NCBI GenBank assembly: GCA_002505685.1
Contig: DAVT01000079.1
Location: forward strand, 1 to 35,852
Reading direction: 5' to 3'
Length of the DNA: 35,852 nucleotides
From: Euryarchaeota archaeon UBA501
GTDB lineage: Archaea > Thermoplasmatota > Poseidoniia > Poseidoniales > Thalassarchaeaceae
A model generated the notes under the pieces. It was given only the letters and a program-made list of their open reading frames with translations, had not been told where the DNA came from and did no database searches. Position 1 is the first letter of the stretch. Every line of letters begins with the position of its first letter. Positions 1-8,170 of the stretch are shown here, piece by piece. The translations under genes and the position numbers were made by a program.

Positions 1-66
1 GGAAGAGGCGATTGGTCGGCAACTCCAGCGAGTGAGTTACTAGGGTTTTGAAGGCCGCACTATTGT

Positions 67-1809
67 TTAGACTCGCCGTCGCAATTTTTCCATCAGCGCA
101 TCTGCTTCACCCAGTGCACTGAGTGTATCTTCCAACCGCCCTTCTGAGAAGGCGGCATCGGCATCTCCTACCGCTTTTTCACAAGCACCGCGCTCTCCAT
201 CGATGGCCTTGATACCTACAGCCTCCAACTTTTTGCGCAGGCTTGACCATTCATCTTGGACATAAGTCAACAATTCATTGGCATCCCCACTGGCTACATC
301 CAGTGCATCCAAATCCGAAGTCAGACGATCGAGTAAGGCGGCAGCATGAGACCAAGACTTCCGTTTGGCAGCGGCAGCCACATCTTTGAGACGCTCTTCC
401 CATGCCTCCGAATCCACATGCCCTTCCCAGCGTTTCTTGATATTCTTCTTTTGACGCAGGGCGCGTTGTACATCACCCATAGCTTCTCGCTCTTTTCTGA
501 CTTCGCGTACAATACCATCAGAGACACCACGAGCAAGGCTGAATTCACCTTCCTCAAGATGCAACTTGGCATTCTCCAGGCGCTCGTTCCACAGTTTGAG
601 GTCAATGCCCTCACTTTCTTCCATGATTTGGACCGCTGCTTCGTAGGCCTCTTGAGCCCCTTCGCTCGCTTCACCCAAGTTGGATACGTGGTCTGGAATC
701 GTACTTGCGATTTCCAAGGCGAGAACACAGTCTTCCTTGGCTAGGGCTTCTTTGGCTTGAAGAAGCAAGTCATGCAATTGTTGGTGTTGACTACCTTCAA
801 GTGAGGCGATCATCTTGCTTGCATTGGCTATTTCTTCTTCAGCAGCCTTCCAATGTTCGATGATGTTCAATGCGAGTTTTTTTGCTCGCCTGTACAACAT
901 TTCAGCCTCGCGCAAACTGCCCAAATCTCGCTCTCGGTCTCCCGCATCCATGCTTCGTTGCGGCTTTTTCGCAGTCGGAGCAATCTCGGCAGCCTGCTCT
1001 ACAGAATCTGCACAAACTTGTCGAATCTCAGTAATATCTTCAGCTAGGGCTAGAGTCCGTTCAATGTCCTCTTCTGCCTGAGAAAGGATGCTGAATCCAA
1101 GTTCAGGGTCCTTGTAGCCTACATCTGAGGCGTTGCGACATAAACTGGAGGCTTGGTCCAAACTCACACCGTTGGCCTGATGATTCAGAATACGAACTTC
1201 CAATGCATCGAGTGCACGACCAAACCGCTTTCTCTCTGCACGGTCCAAATCTCCACCGAACAAGTCCATGGCAACCAATACGCCGGCGCCCCCGAGAACC
1301 AAACAGGCCGCAACCATCGAATTTTCATCCAAATTTGATGATAGCATAATCGCTCCACCAATGGTTAGCCCACCCAATGTCATGATGCCTCGAAATCTCT
1401 GAGCATCTAAACTACCACGAAGATATTCACGAGACGAAAGAAGACAAACCGCTGCAACGATAAACATCAGGAAATGACCAATTTGGACGAATCCTTCAGT
1501 GCTGAGGAAATCCACACCCAACACAGCGATTGCCGGCCAAGAAAGGCTGCCTGCAGCCCCCAAGCGACCCCTTGCGCGAGCATCGGGTTCAACTAAATCC
1601 TGCAACAAAAGTGCCGCAGCAAGTAATAGACCAACGGCACCCAATCTATCGAAGACTGAAATCCCCTGATTGTTGAGGGCCGGCCACATGTACCAAGCAG
1701 CGCTGGCAATGGTCACCAACGCACAACCCAGTGCAAGACCTGAGACCTTTCCTTTTTGCAAAGCAATCTCAGAATCGACTCGAGCAGAGGGTGAATCGAG
1801 GTTGTCCAT
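67..1809 (-). CDS. Membrane protein of unknown function: about 5 N-terminal hydrophobic helices followed by a charged alpha-helical C-terminal region of about 390 aa
   Basis: 580-aa ORF. Residues ~20-190 contain hydrophobic runs (GLALGCALVTIASAAWYMW, AVGLLLAAALLL, FLMFIVAAVCLL, LTIGGAIML, ACLVLGGAGVLVAM). The rest is E/A/L/K/R-rich with recurring helical-hairpin-like units (QAKEALAKEDCVLALEIA, ENAKLHLEEGEFSLARGV, AAFSEGRLEDTLSALGEA). It lies 41 nt downstream of the surface-protein gene on the same strand. Confidence 0.65.
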   Translation of the reverse strand: MDNLDSPSARVDSEIALQKGKVSGLALGCALVTIASAAWYMWPALNNQGISVFDRLGAVGLLLAAALLLQDLVEPDARARGRLGAAGSLSWPAIAVLGVDFLSTEGFVQIGHFLMFIVAAVCLLSSREYLRGSLDAQRFRGIMTLGGLTIGGAIMLSSNLDENSMVAACLVLGGAGVLVAMDLFGGDLDRAERKRFGRALDALEVRILNHQANGVSLDQASSLCRNASDVGYKDPELGFSILSQAEEDIERTLALAEDITEIRQVCADSVEQAAEIAPTAKKPQRSMDAGDRERDLGSLREAEMLYRRAKKLALNIIEHWKAAEEEIANASKMIASLEGSQHQQLHDLLLQAKEALAKEDCVLALEIASTIPDHVSNLGEASEGAQEAYEAAVQIMEESEGIDLKLWNERLENAKLHLEEGEFSLARGVSDGIVREVRKEREAMGDVQRALRQKKNIKKRWEGHVDSEAWEERLKDVAAAAKRKSWSHAAALLDRLTSDLDALDVASGDANELLTYVQDEWSSLRKKLEAVGIKAIDGERGACEKAVGDADAAFSEGRLEDTLSALGEADALMEKLRRRV

Positions 1810-1850
1810 CGCCTACGGCGATGAAGTCACCCTCTATGATAGATGCCCTA

Positions 1851-4058
1851 TCACGAGTCATCATTTTCCGGTTGCCTCTTGAGTCTCCAAAGTGCGACCA
1901 AACCAATCAAGGGTGGCAGAATAAGCAACATCCACATCAAGGGTGTCATTTCAGAATGAATCGACAACCCTGTATCAAATTCTTCGCTTGAATTGTCGAC
2001 AAACTCGATTCGTATGATGACGTCTCCCGAAGCCCATTCAGTCACGGAAAGTCGGTGTGTCATCGTACCAGGTCCATCGACAGTCGCTTCCACCGCAATC
2101 AATTCCGAAGTACAATCTTGAATGTAGCAAAGACGGAACTGAGTTTCTCCTTGTCCAGAATTTACCAAGGTGATATCGAGTGCACCAGGCTCACCGGGTC
2201 CTCCCGTGCCCAACTTTACAACTTCAGTCACTTGCAAAAATTCTCCAACAGGCGGTTCAACATCAAAGAGCATTGAATGAGTTCCAGTATTACCTGATGA
2301 GTCTGTTGCATTGACTACCAATACGTGCCGTCCCATTGGTAATGATGGCAATGTGAATGACTGGACTTCCGTCCAAGTAGTGCCCACATCTAATGGTTCA
2401 TCATTCAATTCGACAGACCATGTCAATTGTTCAATCGCATCAATATCATCCCAAGACTCTTCCAAACTAACCTCCACGTTTGGGCCCCCTTCGATGGGGC
2501 GATTGAGATCGCCGTAGAAATTCCCATCAATGCTTAGAGCCGGACGAGGTTTTGGCTCAGTTCTGTCGGTCACAACGAGGTCCCATGTTTGGGTGGCGAC
2601 GTTCCCTGCAGCATCCGTCAATTGTATTCCTAGATTGTATACAGTGAGGGGTTTGGCCATATGGCGTTCTTCGATTGTAAGGTGTTGTCCATTGACGTGT
2701 GGACCTTGAACAAACATGTCATCCCATGCATGGTTGCCAATGCCCAATTGCACCCATCCATTGCTTTTGTTGGATGTCCAACGAATGTCGACAGGAGGAG
2801 CGGAATCGTCCCCGGCTTGAACTGAACCAGAGAGCACAGCCCCTGAGGGGATGGAAAGAGTCTGTTGCCCGATATCCAAATCTACTGGATTTTCATCATC
2901 CACATGCAAATATTGCATCTGCATATTTCGGGTCGGTTGAATTCCATCAAGGTAGAGTTCCAGACTTTGATTTCCCATCAAACCCTGAGGATCCGTACAC
3001 TCAAGCGTGAGGTTCAGCCAAGTACTGATTTCTAGATTAAGGAACATTGAATCAATGGTGATGTTGGTTGAATTCTCATCCAACAAAATAGTGCTTCCTT
3101 CTCTCAATATGAATCTGCTCTGAGGGGATACAATCGATGAATCTGAGCAAGTAGATTCGATTGTCGTAGGTTGTCCGTATGGGATCCAAGGCAGTTGTCG
3201 ATCTTGAGCAGACCAAGACACAATTGGAGCCACATTTGTGCCCAAAGCGACGGTTACGTTACCGCTGACGCCAATTTCTCCACGGTGTATGACAAAGTCA
3301 TCGGGCAATCCAGTGATGTAATCACTTTGAGGTGAATAACGAATTTCGTGAGGAGAAGGTAGGGTAATTCGAAGATCTGTACTATCGGATAAATTCCCCG
3401 TAATTGGAACCCATAGCAGACGAGTAGAGCGCCCATCAGCCTGACCGGAGATATTTGCATATGTGCTCCAGCCCCATGATTCATTGTCAAAATATGCAGA
3501 TATGTTCGGTTCCCCGATCATGTCGATTTTGTCGTAAGCACAACATCCAATTCCCGTGTTGTTGGAAATCCATTCAGAAAATAGTTGAACATCATCACCG
3601 AATTCACTCGCCAATTGGTGGTTGATACCCAAATGGGAGTTCGGCAATTCGGGATGGCCGAGTGTATTTGGGATTACAATCGAAGAAGACCAAGTTGCGT
3701 TCAGTATCGCAGATTGTTCAATTGGACCTAACAGATTGAGGTGAGCTCCCCCCGAAATACTTCGCGGGTCCTGTATTGTTTGATTCAAGAAGGACGTGAC
3801 ATTTGTGCTTTGGTTGAACAATAGCAGATTTTCCTGAGGGACCCCATCGACAACTTTCACTAAACTCCAATTTCCTTCGGGCAAGTGAATGTCAATCGGT
3901 TGGTTTGGGTCGATTGGGGTTAAGTTGCCCGAATCATCCCACAAAAGAACCGGTCCAGGGGCTTGTTCACTCCACAAGTGAATCGAATTCTCTTCGGCCC
4001 CAATGGTGGGCAATGGCGCCAATAACAACAATGCGACGATTAGAACCGCCTTGCGCAC
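1851..4058 (-). CDS. Secreted, C-terminally membrane-anchored surface (glyco)protein with Ig-like/PKD-like modules
   Basis: 735-aa ORF with a GTG start 5 nt after GAGGTGA. N-terminal signal peptide MRKAVLIVALLLLAPLPTIGAEE. C-terminal TM LMWMLLILPPLIGLVALW followed by RLKRQPENDDS. I counted 19 N-x-S/T sequons by eye. Two ...TDxxGN... beta-sandwich endings (LTDAAGNVATQTWDLVVTD, NATDSSGNTGTHSMLFDVE). Confidence 0.8.
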   Translation of the reverse strand: MRKAVLIVALLLLAPLPTIGAEENSIHLWSEQAPGPVLLWDDSGNLTPIDPNQPIDIHLPEGNWSLVKVVDGVPQENLLLFNQSTNVTSFLNQTIQDPRSISGGAHLNLLGPIEQSAILNATWSSSIVIPNTLGHPELPNSHLGINHQLASEFGDDVQLFSEWISNNTGIGCCAYDKIDMIGEPNISAYFDNESWGWSTYANISGQADGRSTRLLWVPITGNLSDSTDLRITLPSPHEIRYSPQSDYITGLPDDFVIHRGEIGVSGNVTVALGTNVAPIVSWSAQDRQLPWIPYGQPTTIESTCSDSSIVSPQSRFILREGSTILLDENSTNITIDSMFLNLEISTWLNLTLECTDPQGLMGNQSLELYLDGIQPTRNMQMQYLHVDDENPVDLDIGQQTLSIPSGAVLSGSVQAGDDSAPPVDIRWTSNKSNGWVQLGIGNHAWDDMFVQGPHVNGQHLTIEERHMAKPLTVYNLGIQLTDAAGNVATQTWDLVVTDRTEPKPRPALSIDGNFYGDLNRPIEGGPNVEVSLEESWDDIDAIEQLTWSVELNDEPLDVGTTWTEVQSFTLPSLPMGRHVLVVNATDSSGNTGTHSMLFDVEPPVGEFLQVTEVVKLGTGGPGEPGALDITLVNSGQGETQFRLCYIQDCTSELIAVEATVDGPGTMTHRLSVTEWASGDVIIRIEFVDNSSEEFDTGLSIHSEMTPLMWMLLILPPLIGLVALWRLKRQPENDDS

Positions 4059-4067
4059 AATATCACC

Positions 4068-5054
4068 TCAAACGCGTGAACCATCATCGAAAATGATGGT
4101 CGAGCCCTCGTTATCCATCATGAGCGGAATCACCCTGTGTGTGACTTCGATTTTGGATTGCATTTCTGGGGTACCTTGGAATAAGAAAAATCCACCTCCA
4201 CCAGCTCCCAGCAACTTGCCACCGGTTGTACCTAAATTCATCACACTCGAATACAATTCATCTAGAGCATCCCCTGTAATTCCATCTACCAACGTTCGCT
4301 TGATTTGCCAAGATGCATCCAATAGTGATCCCACAGCAGCATGGTTGCCATCCTCAAGAGCGGTCCTGACCTCAATCGCCTGTTGTCGTAGTGCATCCAA
4401 ATCAGCTCGCTTCTTTCCAGAAGAAGCAGATTGTTTGGCCAAGATATCACTTGCCTTTCTCGTAATTCCAGTGTACACTAGGAAATAGTTCGAGGCCAAG
4501 GCCTCCTCATTGATTCCGATGGGTGTTACGATGACGGTATCATCGGGCAAGAAAGCGATTTGGTTCGATCCACCGAATGCCGCTGCATACTGATCTTGTC
4601 GACCGATTGGCTGGCCAAGAATATCAATTTCAATCCTGCAAGCTTCTTCTGCCAATTGTGCCGCATCAGGTGTTCGACCAGCGTAGGTATGCAATGCGTT
4701 CAACAGACCTACGGTTAACGCAGAAGAGGACCCCAATCCAGTGCCGCGTGATGGGATGTCTGCAATCGTCGTAATCTCAACGCTATGGGTTACACCGGTC
4801 ATCCGCATCGCTTCGCGAACCAGTTCGTGTTCAAGATCTTCAAAGTCTTCGACAATTTCAGTTTTGGAATAACCCACTCGGACACTATTGTCAAATCGCT
4901 TATTGACGGTGACATGAATGTGTTTGGCAAGCGCCATTGAGGTCACCAAGCCCCCGTTTTCACTGTCTGAGTAATAGGCAGGAAGGTCAGTTCCACCCCC
5001 ACAAAACGAGACGCGAACCGGGGTCCGACTGATAATCATCAATTCGCGGACCAC
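4068..5054 (-). CDS. GHMP-family sugar kinase (COG2605 / HddA-like, D-glycero-D-manno-heptose-7-P kinase-like)
   Basis: 328-aa ORF. N-terminal motif SRTPVRVSFCGGGTDLPAYY and GHMP motif 2 PSRGTGLGSSSALTVGLLNAL. C-terminal GGKLLGAGGGGFFLF. The track start at 5054 is GTG. The ATG at 5039 (MIISRTPVRV...) is an equally plausible start. Confidence 0.85.
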   Translation of the reverse strand: MVRELMIISRTPVRVSFCGGGTDLPAYYSDSENGGLVTSMALAKHIHVTVNKRFDNSVRVGYSKTEIVEDFEDLEHELVREAMRMTGVTHSVEITTIADIPSRGTGLGSSSALTVGLLNALHTYAGRTPDAAQLAEEACRIEIDILGQPIGRQDQYAAAFGGSNQIAFLPDDTVIVTPIGINEEALASNYFLVYTGITRKASDILAKQSASSGKKRADLDALRQQAIEVRTALEDGNHAAVGSLLDASWQIKRTLVDGITGDALDELYSSVMNLGTTGGKLLGAGGGGFFLFQGTPEMQSKIEVTHRVIPLMMDNEGSTIIFDDGSRV

Positions 5055-5145
5055 CCATTCCCCCTTGAAGCCCTCGGCTTCCGATTCCTATGGAATCGAC
5101 CTTGTTTGATGACCCCAATGAATAAGTTCGTGTGTCTGTCAAGGG

Positions 5146-6096
5146 GTGCCGGCGGACAGGATGGATAGCGACCTCATTACCATGGATGACCTGACAAATG
5201 AAGAGATTATTTCTCTACTTGATGATGCAGAAAGATTGCTCCCTGTGGCTGAAGGGACGGAATATCTTCCACTTCTTCAGGGCAAGTTATTGGCGAATAT
5301 GTTCTTCGAACCAAGCACCCGAACTCGAATGTCGTTTGAGACCGCAATGAAGCGACTAGGGGGCGATGTTGTCAACTTAGGGGACGTGAACTCATCCTCG
5401 GCTGTCAAAGGTGAAACACTGTACGATACCATGCGCATGGTCGACGGTTACTGCGACATTGCGGCACTCCGACATCCACGCCAAGGGGCAGCCCAGTATG
5501 CGGCGGATGCTTGCGACATCCCCATCATGAATGGAGGGGATGGGGCCGGGCACCATCCCACACAAACGCTACTCGATCTGTTTACCATTCGACAAGCACA
5601 CGGTCGCTTAGAGGGATTGAAAGTCGCACTTGTTGGAGATTTGCGATATGGCCGAACTGTACACAGCCTTTCTCATGCCCTAGCCAGATTTGATTGTGAA
5701 TTGGTATTCATCTCACCAGCCCAACTTTCGATGCCCGCAGAAATCGTCTCAGATTTGGGGCATTCTGGAGCGAAAATTACCGAAACTGAGGACTTGTATG
5801 GGGCCATACCAGATGCCGATGTCATCTACATGACGCGCATTCAGAAGGAGCGCTTCCCAGACGAGGATGAGTATGCAAAGGTTGCTGGAATCTACAAATT
5901 GACAGCAGCAGACCTTGCCGGAGCCAAAGGCGAGATGATTGTCATGCACCCACTTCCGCGAGTTACTGAGATTTCTCCGGATGTTGATGCAAGCCGACAT
6001 GCTCGTTACTTTGAGCAAGCCTTCAATGGTGTTGTAGCCAGAATGGCGCTGATGTGCAAATTGTTGGGCGTCGATGTCCCAAGAGGTGATGCTTGA
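5146..6096 (+). CDS. pyrB: Aspartate carbamoyltransferase catalytic subunit
   Basis: Motifs FFEPSTRTRMSFE, HPTQTLLDLFTI and MHPLPRV. Directly followed by pyrI. The track start is GTG 5146; the ATG at 5161 (MDSDLITMDDL) is the alternative. Confidence 0.95.
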   Translation: MPADRMDSDLITMDDLTNEEIISLLDDAERLLPVAEGTEYLPLLQGKLLANMFFEPSTRTRMSFETAMKRLGGDVVNLGDVNSSSAVKGETLYDTMRMVDGYCDIAALRHPRQGAAQYAADACDIPIMNGGDGAGHHPTQTLLDLFTIRQAHGRLEGLKVALVGDLRYGRTVHSLSHALARFDCELVFISPAQLSMPAEIVSDLGHSGAKITETEDLYGAIPDADVIYMTRIQKERFPDEDEYAKVAGIYKLTAADLAGAKGEMIVMHPLPRVTEISPDVDASRHARYFEQAFNGVVARMALMCKLLGVDVPRGDA

Positions 6097-6569
6097 TGTC
6101 TGCTGGAGAAATGCGTCGAGTAACTGCAATCAATAACGGTACAGTGATTGATCACATTCCAGCAGGTTCAGCCCTAGTTGTATTGCAAATGCTTGGGATT
6201 TCAGATGACCGTGCCTCTCCGATTAGCCTAGTGATGAATGTCCCCTCATCAAAACATGGCCGTAAGGACATCATCAAGGTAGAAGACCGTGAACTAACAC
6301 AAGATGAACTTGACCGTTTGGCACTAATTGCTCCGAAAGCAAGCGTCGCCATCATTCGTTCATACGCAGTCGCTGAAAAGCGCGAAGTCACGATAGGAAC
6401 TGAGTTGGTTAATGTAGCAAGTTGCACATTCTCAAATTGTATTACCATCAATCCTAGAGAGCCACAAGACCACCGATTGAATGTCGTGAAGACCGACCCA
6501 CTAGAATTACGTTGTAGATACTGTGGCCGGCCACAAGTCATGAGTGAATTGATTGGCAACCTGATTTAG
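6096..6569 (+). CDS. pyrI: Aspartate carbamoyltransferase regulatory subunit
   Basis: INNGTVIDHIP N-domain. C-terminal Zn site C-x4-C ... C-x2-C (CTFSNC ... CRYCG). ATG 6096 overlaps the pyrB TGA by one nt (TGATG). The track's 6093 start is TTG. Confidence 0.93.
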   Translation: MSAGEMRRVTAINNGTVIDHIPAGSALVVLQMLGISDDRASPISLVMNVPSSKHGRKDIIKVEDRELTQDELDRLALIAPKASVAIIRSYAVAEKREVTIGTELVNVASCTFSNCITINPREPQDHRLNVVKTDPLELRCRYCGRPQVMSELIGNLI

Positions 6570-6571
6570 GT

Positions 6572-7582
6572 TTAGATTTCAGCCAACCACTGCTGGAATG
6601 TACAAGATTGACAAACGGCCTGGCTGGAAGGTGCCCCACATTTTTCACACTCAGTAGCTTCCCCCGGTTTCCACGATGCAGGAGGGTTTTCGGTCGAAGC
6701 CCACAACTCCCGAATAGCGTCCATTGAATGGACTAGGCCGTGCATTGTACCTGGATTCGAGGCTTCCATTTCGGCAAGGTAAGCTCGATGCTTCTGTCTT
6801 AGGGCACCAGTAGCATGTGGGCAATCATCGTGATGAATCGGTAATTTCGCCCCAATTGCATAGGCATGGATTTCCCTTTCTGGAATCCATCTGAGTGGCA
6901 CAATTCTAGGGGGTAACCCCACTATCGGAAAAGTGGTGTGCGGGGCCAATCTGATGATTCTCTCCATTTCTCCCTTGCCCAGATTCATCAATACAGATTG
7001 AGCCGTGTCATCCAAATTGTGCCCCAAAGCCATCCACTTGGCTCCAACCCTTTCTGCAAGAGCATTCAGACCTTGTCGCCGGAATACACCACAGTACGAA
7101 CAAGGCTTCATTCCTCTAGCTGCTTTGTGGTTTCCTGCCATCAAAGGCATCGAATTGACCACATTATCCATCCGCTCAAAACCGAGTTCAGGATAAGTTA
7201 TACTTTCAAATCTCAAGCCATGGGATTGGGCCAATTCACGAGCGCATTCCATCGATGGAGACCGATAGCCATCAATTCCTTCATCCACACAACCACACAC
7301 CAATTCGACATCACGCCTCGCTCCAACAATTTTGATCATCATGTCCAATAGCACAGCGGAATCTTTTCCGCCAGAAATACAAACCAAAATCACCGCAGGC
7401 TGCCCGGATTCATCACGCGCGTCAGAGGGTAAATTCAGTTGATTCCGAAGAGACTTGGACACACGCTTGCGAATGGATTTAGCCAAATGGGCTTGACAAA
7501 GATGCTGTCCACTATAGATTTGGTGAATTACTGCAGGATGGCTACATCGACTGCACGATTGCACATCTAACGAGAGGGACAC
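6572..7582 (-). CDS. PP-loop ATPase, TtuA/NcsA(Ncs6)-type tRNA 2-thiouridine synthetase
   Basis: 336-aa ORF. PP-loop CISGGKDSAVLL. Candidate Fe-S ligands KPCSYCG plus HHDDCPH. N-terminal (CSRCSHP...LCQAH) and C-terminal (CEKCGAP...CQSC) zinc fingers. GTG start. Confidence 0.85.
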   Translation of the reverse strand: MSLSLDVQSCSRCSHPAVIHQIYSGQHLCQAHLAKSIRKRVSKSLRNQLNLPSDARDESGQPAVILVCISGGKDSAVLLDMMIKIVGARRDVELVCGCVDEGIDGYRSPSMECARELAQSHGLRFESITYPELGFERMDNVVNSMPLMAGNHKAARGMKPCSYCGVFRRQGLNALAERVGAKWMALGHNLDDTAQSVLMNLGKGEMERIIRLAPHTTFPIVGLPPRIVPLRWIPEREIHAYAIGAKLPIHHDDCPHATGALRQKHRAYLAEMEASNPGTMHGLVHSMDAIRELWASTENPPASWKPGEATECEKCGAPSSQAVCQSCTFQQWLAEI

Positions 7583-7788
7583 GGTGCCGCGAAGGGGTTC
7601 ATCTCTTCAAATCGATTGTTCGTTATGGATAAATTATTCAATTGATTTTTTGAAATTTCAATTGGAATCTTAAACATATTTTTTCTAGTATTTTTCCAAT
7701 CTTCCGACACCCAATTGTGGGCACTTTTTGGGAACAGTTACTGCGAAATACCCATTTTTCAGTTGGCGAATCAAATTTACTACTCAAA

Positions 7789-7806
7789 CGGCCCCCTTAG
7801 GGGCCG
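7789..7806 (+). other. GC hairpin (7-bp stem CGGCCCC/GGGGCCG, 4-nt loop) inside an AT-rich divergent intergenic region
   Basis: Read directly: cggcccc-ctta-ggggccg. It lies about 55 nt upstream of the Roadblock ATG at 7862. Function unknown. Confidence 0.3.
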
Positions 7807-7861
7807 CCATGGGGCAAGTTCTTGAAGTCGTATTGAACCTCGATGACTTTTGAGGACGACC

Positions 7862-8167
7862 ATGTTGACACGTTTGCTCTCCAATATCGATGGTGTCAAG
7901 GCCTGTCTATTGTCGAGAGATGGCGAAATCGTAGAAGGTAGTGGAGAAGGGAATATCACCCTCTTCCATGAAGCCATGAAGATGGTATCTGAACTGAAAT
8001 TCGGCTCTCTGGAAGAGATGTGGTTTGAGGGCAACATAACAACAGTAGTAACCACGATTCGAGGTGGTTCAAGTCTGTGGCTGACAAGTGAAAAATTACC
8101 AGTTGGCCGATTAAGCCATGAGGCTCGGACTTTGCGACCAATAATCGAAGATTTGATTGAGGTGTAA
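7862..8167 (+). CDS. Roadblock/LC7 (MglB-like) domain protein
   Basis: 101 aa from ATG 7862, with GAGGA 5 nt upstream. The track's 7850 start is TTG. Family-typical pattern: LLSNIDGVKACLLSRDGEIVEGSG ... MWFEGNITTVVTTIRGGSSLWLTSEKLPVGRLSHEARTLRPIIEDL. Confidence 0.8.
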   Translation: MLTRLLSNIDGVKACLLSRDGEIVEGSGEGNITLFHEAMKMVSELKFGSLEEMWFEGNITTVVTTIRGGSSLWLTSEKLPVGRLSHEARTLRPIIEDLIEV

Positions 8168-8170
8168 TAA

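Noticed and set aside
4003-4488. 161-aa plus-strand ORF spanning the junction of the surface-protein and GHMP kinase genes
   Set aside because: It is antisense to two well-supported genes and crosses their SD-coupled junction. It has no motifs and a P/S-rich composition.
5749-6559. Minus-strand ORFs (5749-6129, 6152-6559) opposite pyrB/pyrI
   Set aside because: They are antisense to canonical pyrBI, so they are shadow ORFs.
7809-7853. 14-codon upstream ORF (MGQVLEVVLNLDDF) ending in the SD of the Roadblock gene
   Set aside because: It is too short, has no SD and no distinctive features. It could be a regulatory uORF but cannot be supported from sequence alone.
7780-8141. Minus-strand ORFs (7780-8055, 7956-8141) opposite the Roadblock gene
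   Set aside because: They are antisense to a gene with a clear family pattern and SD, and have no motifs of their own.
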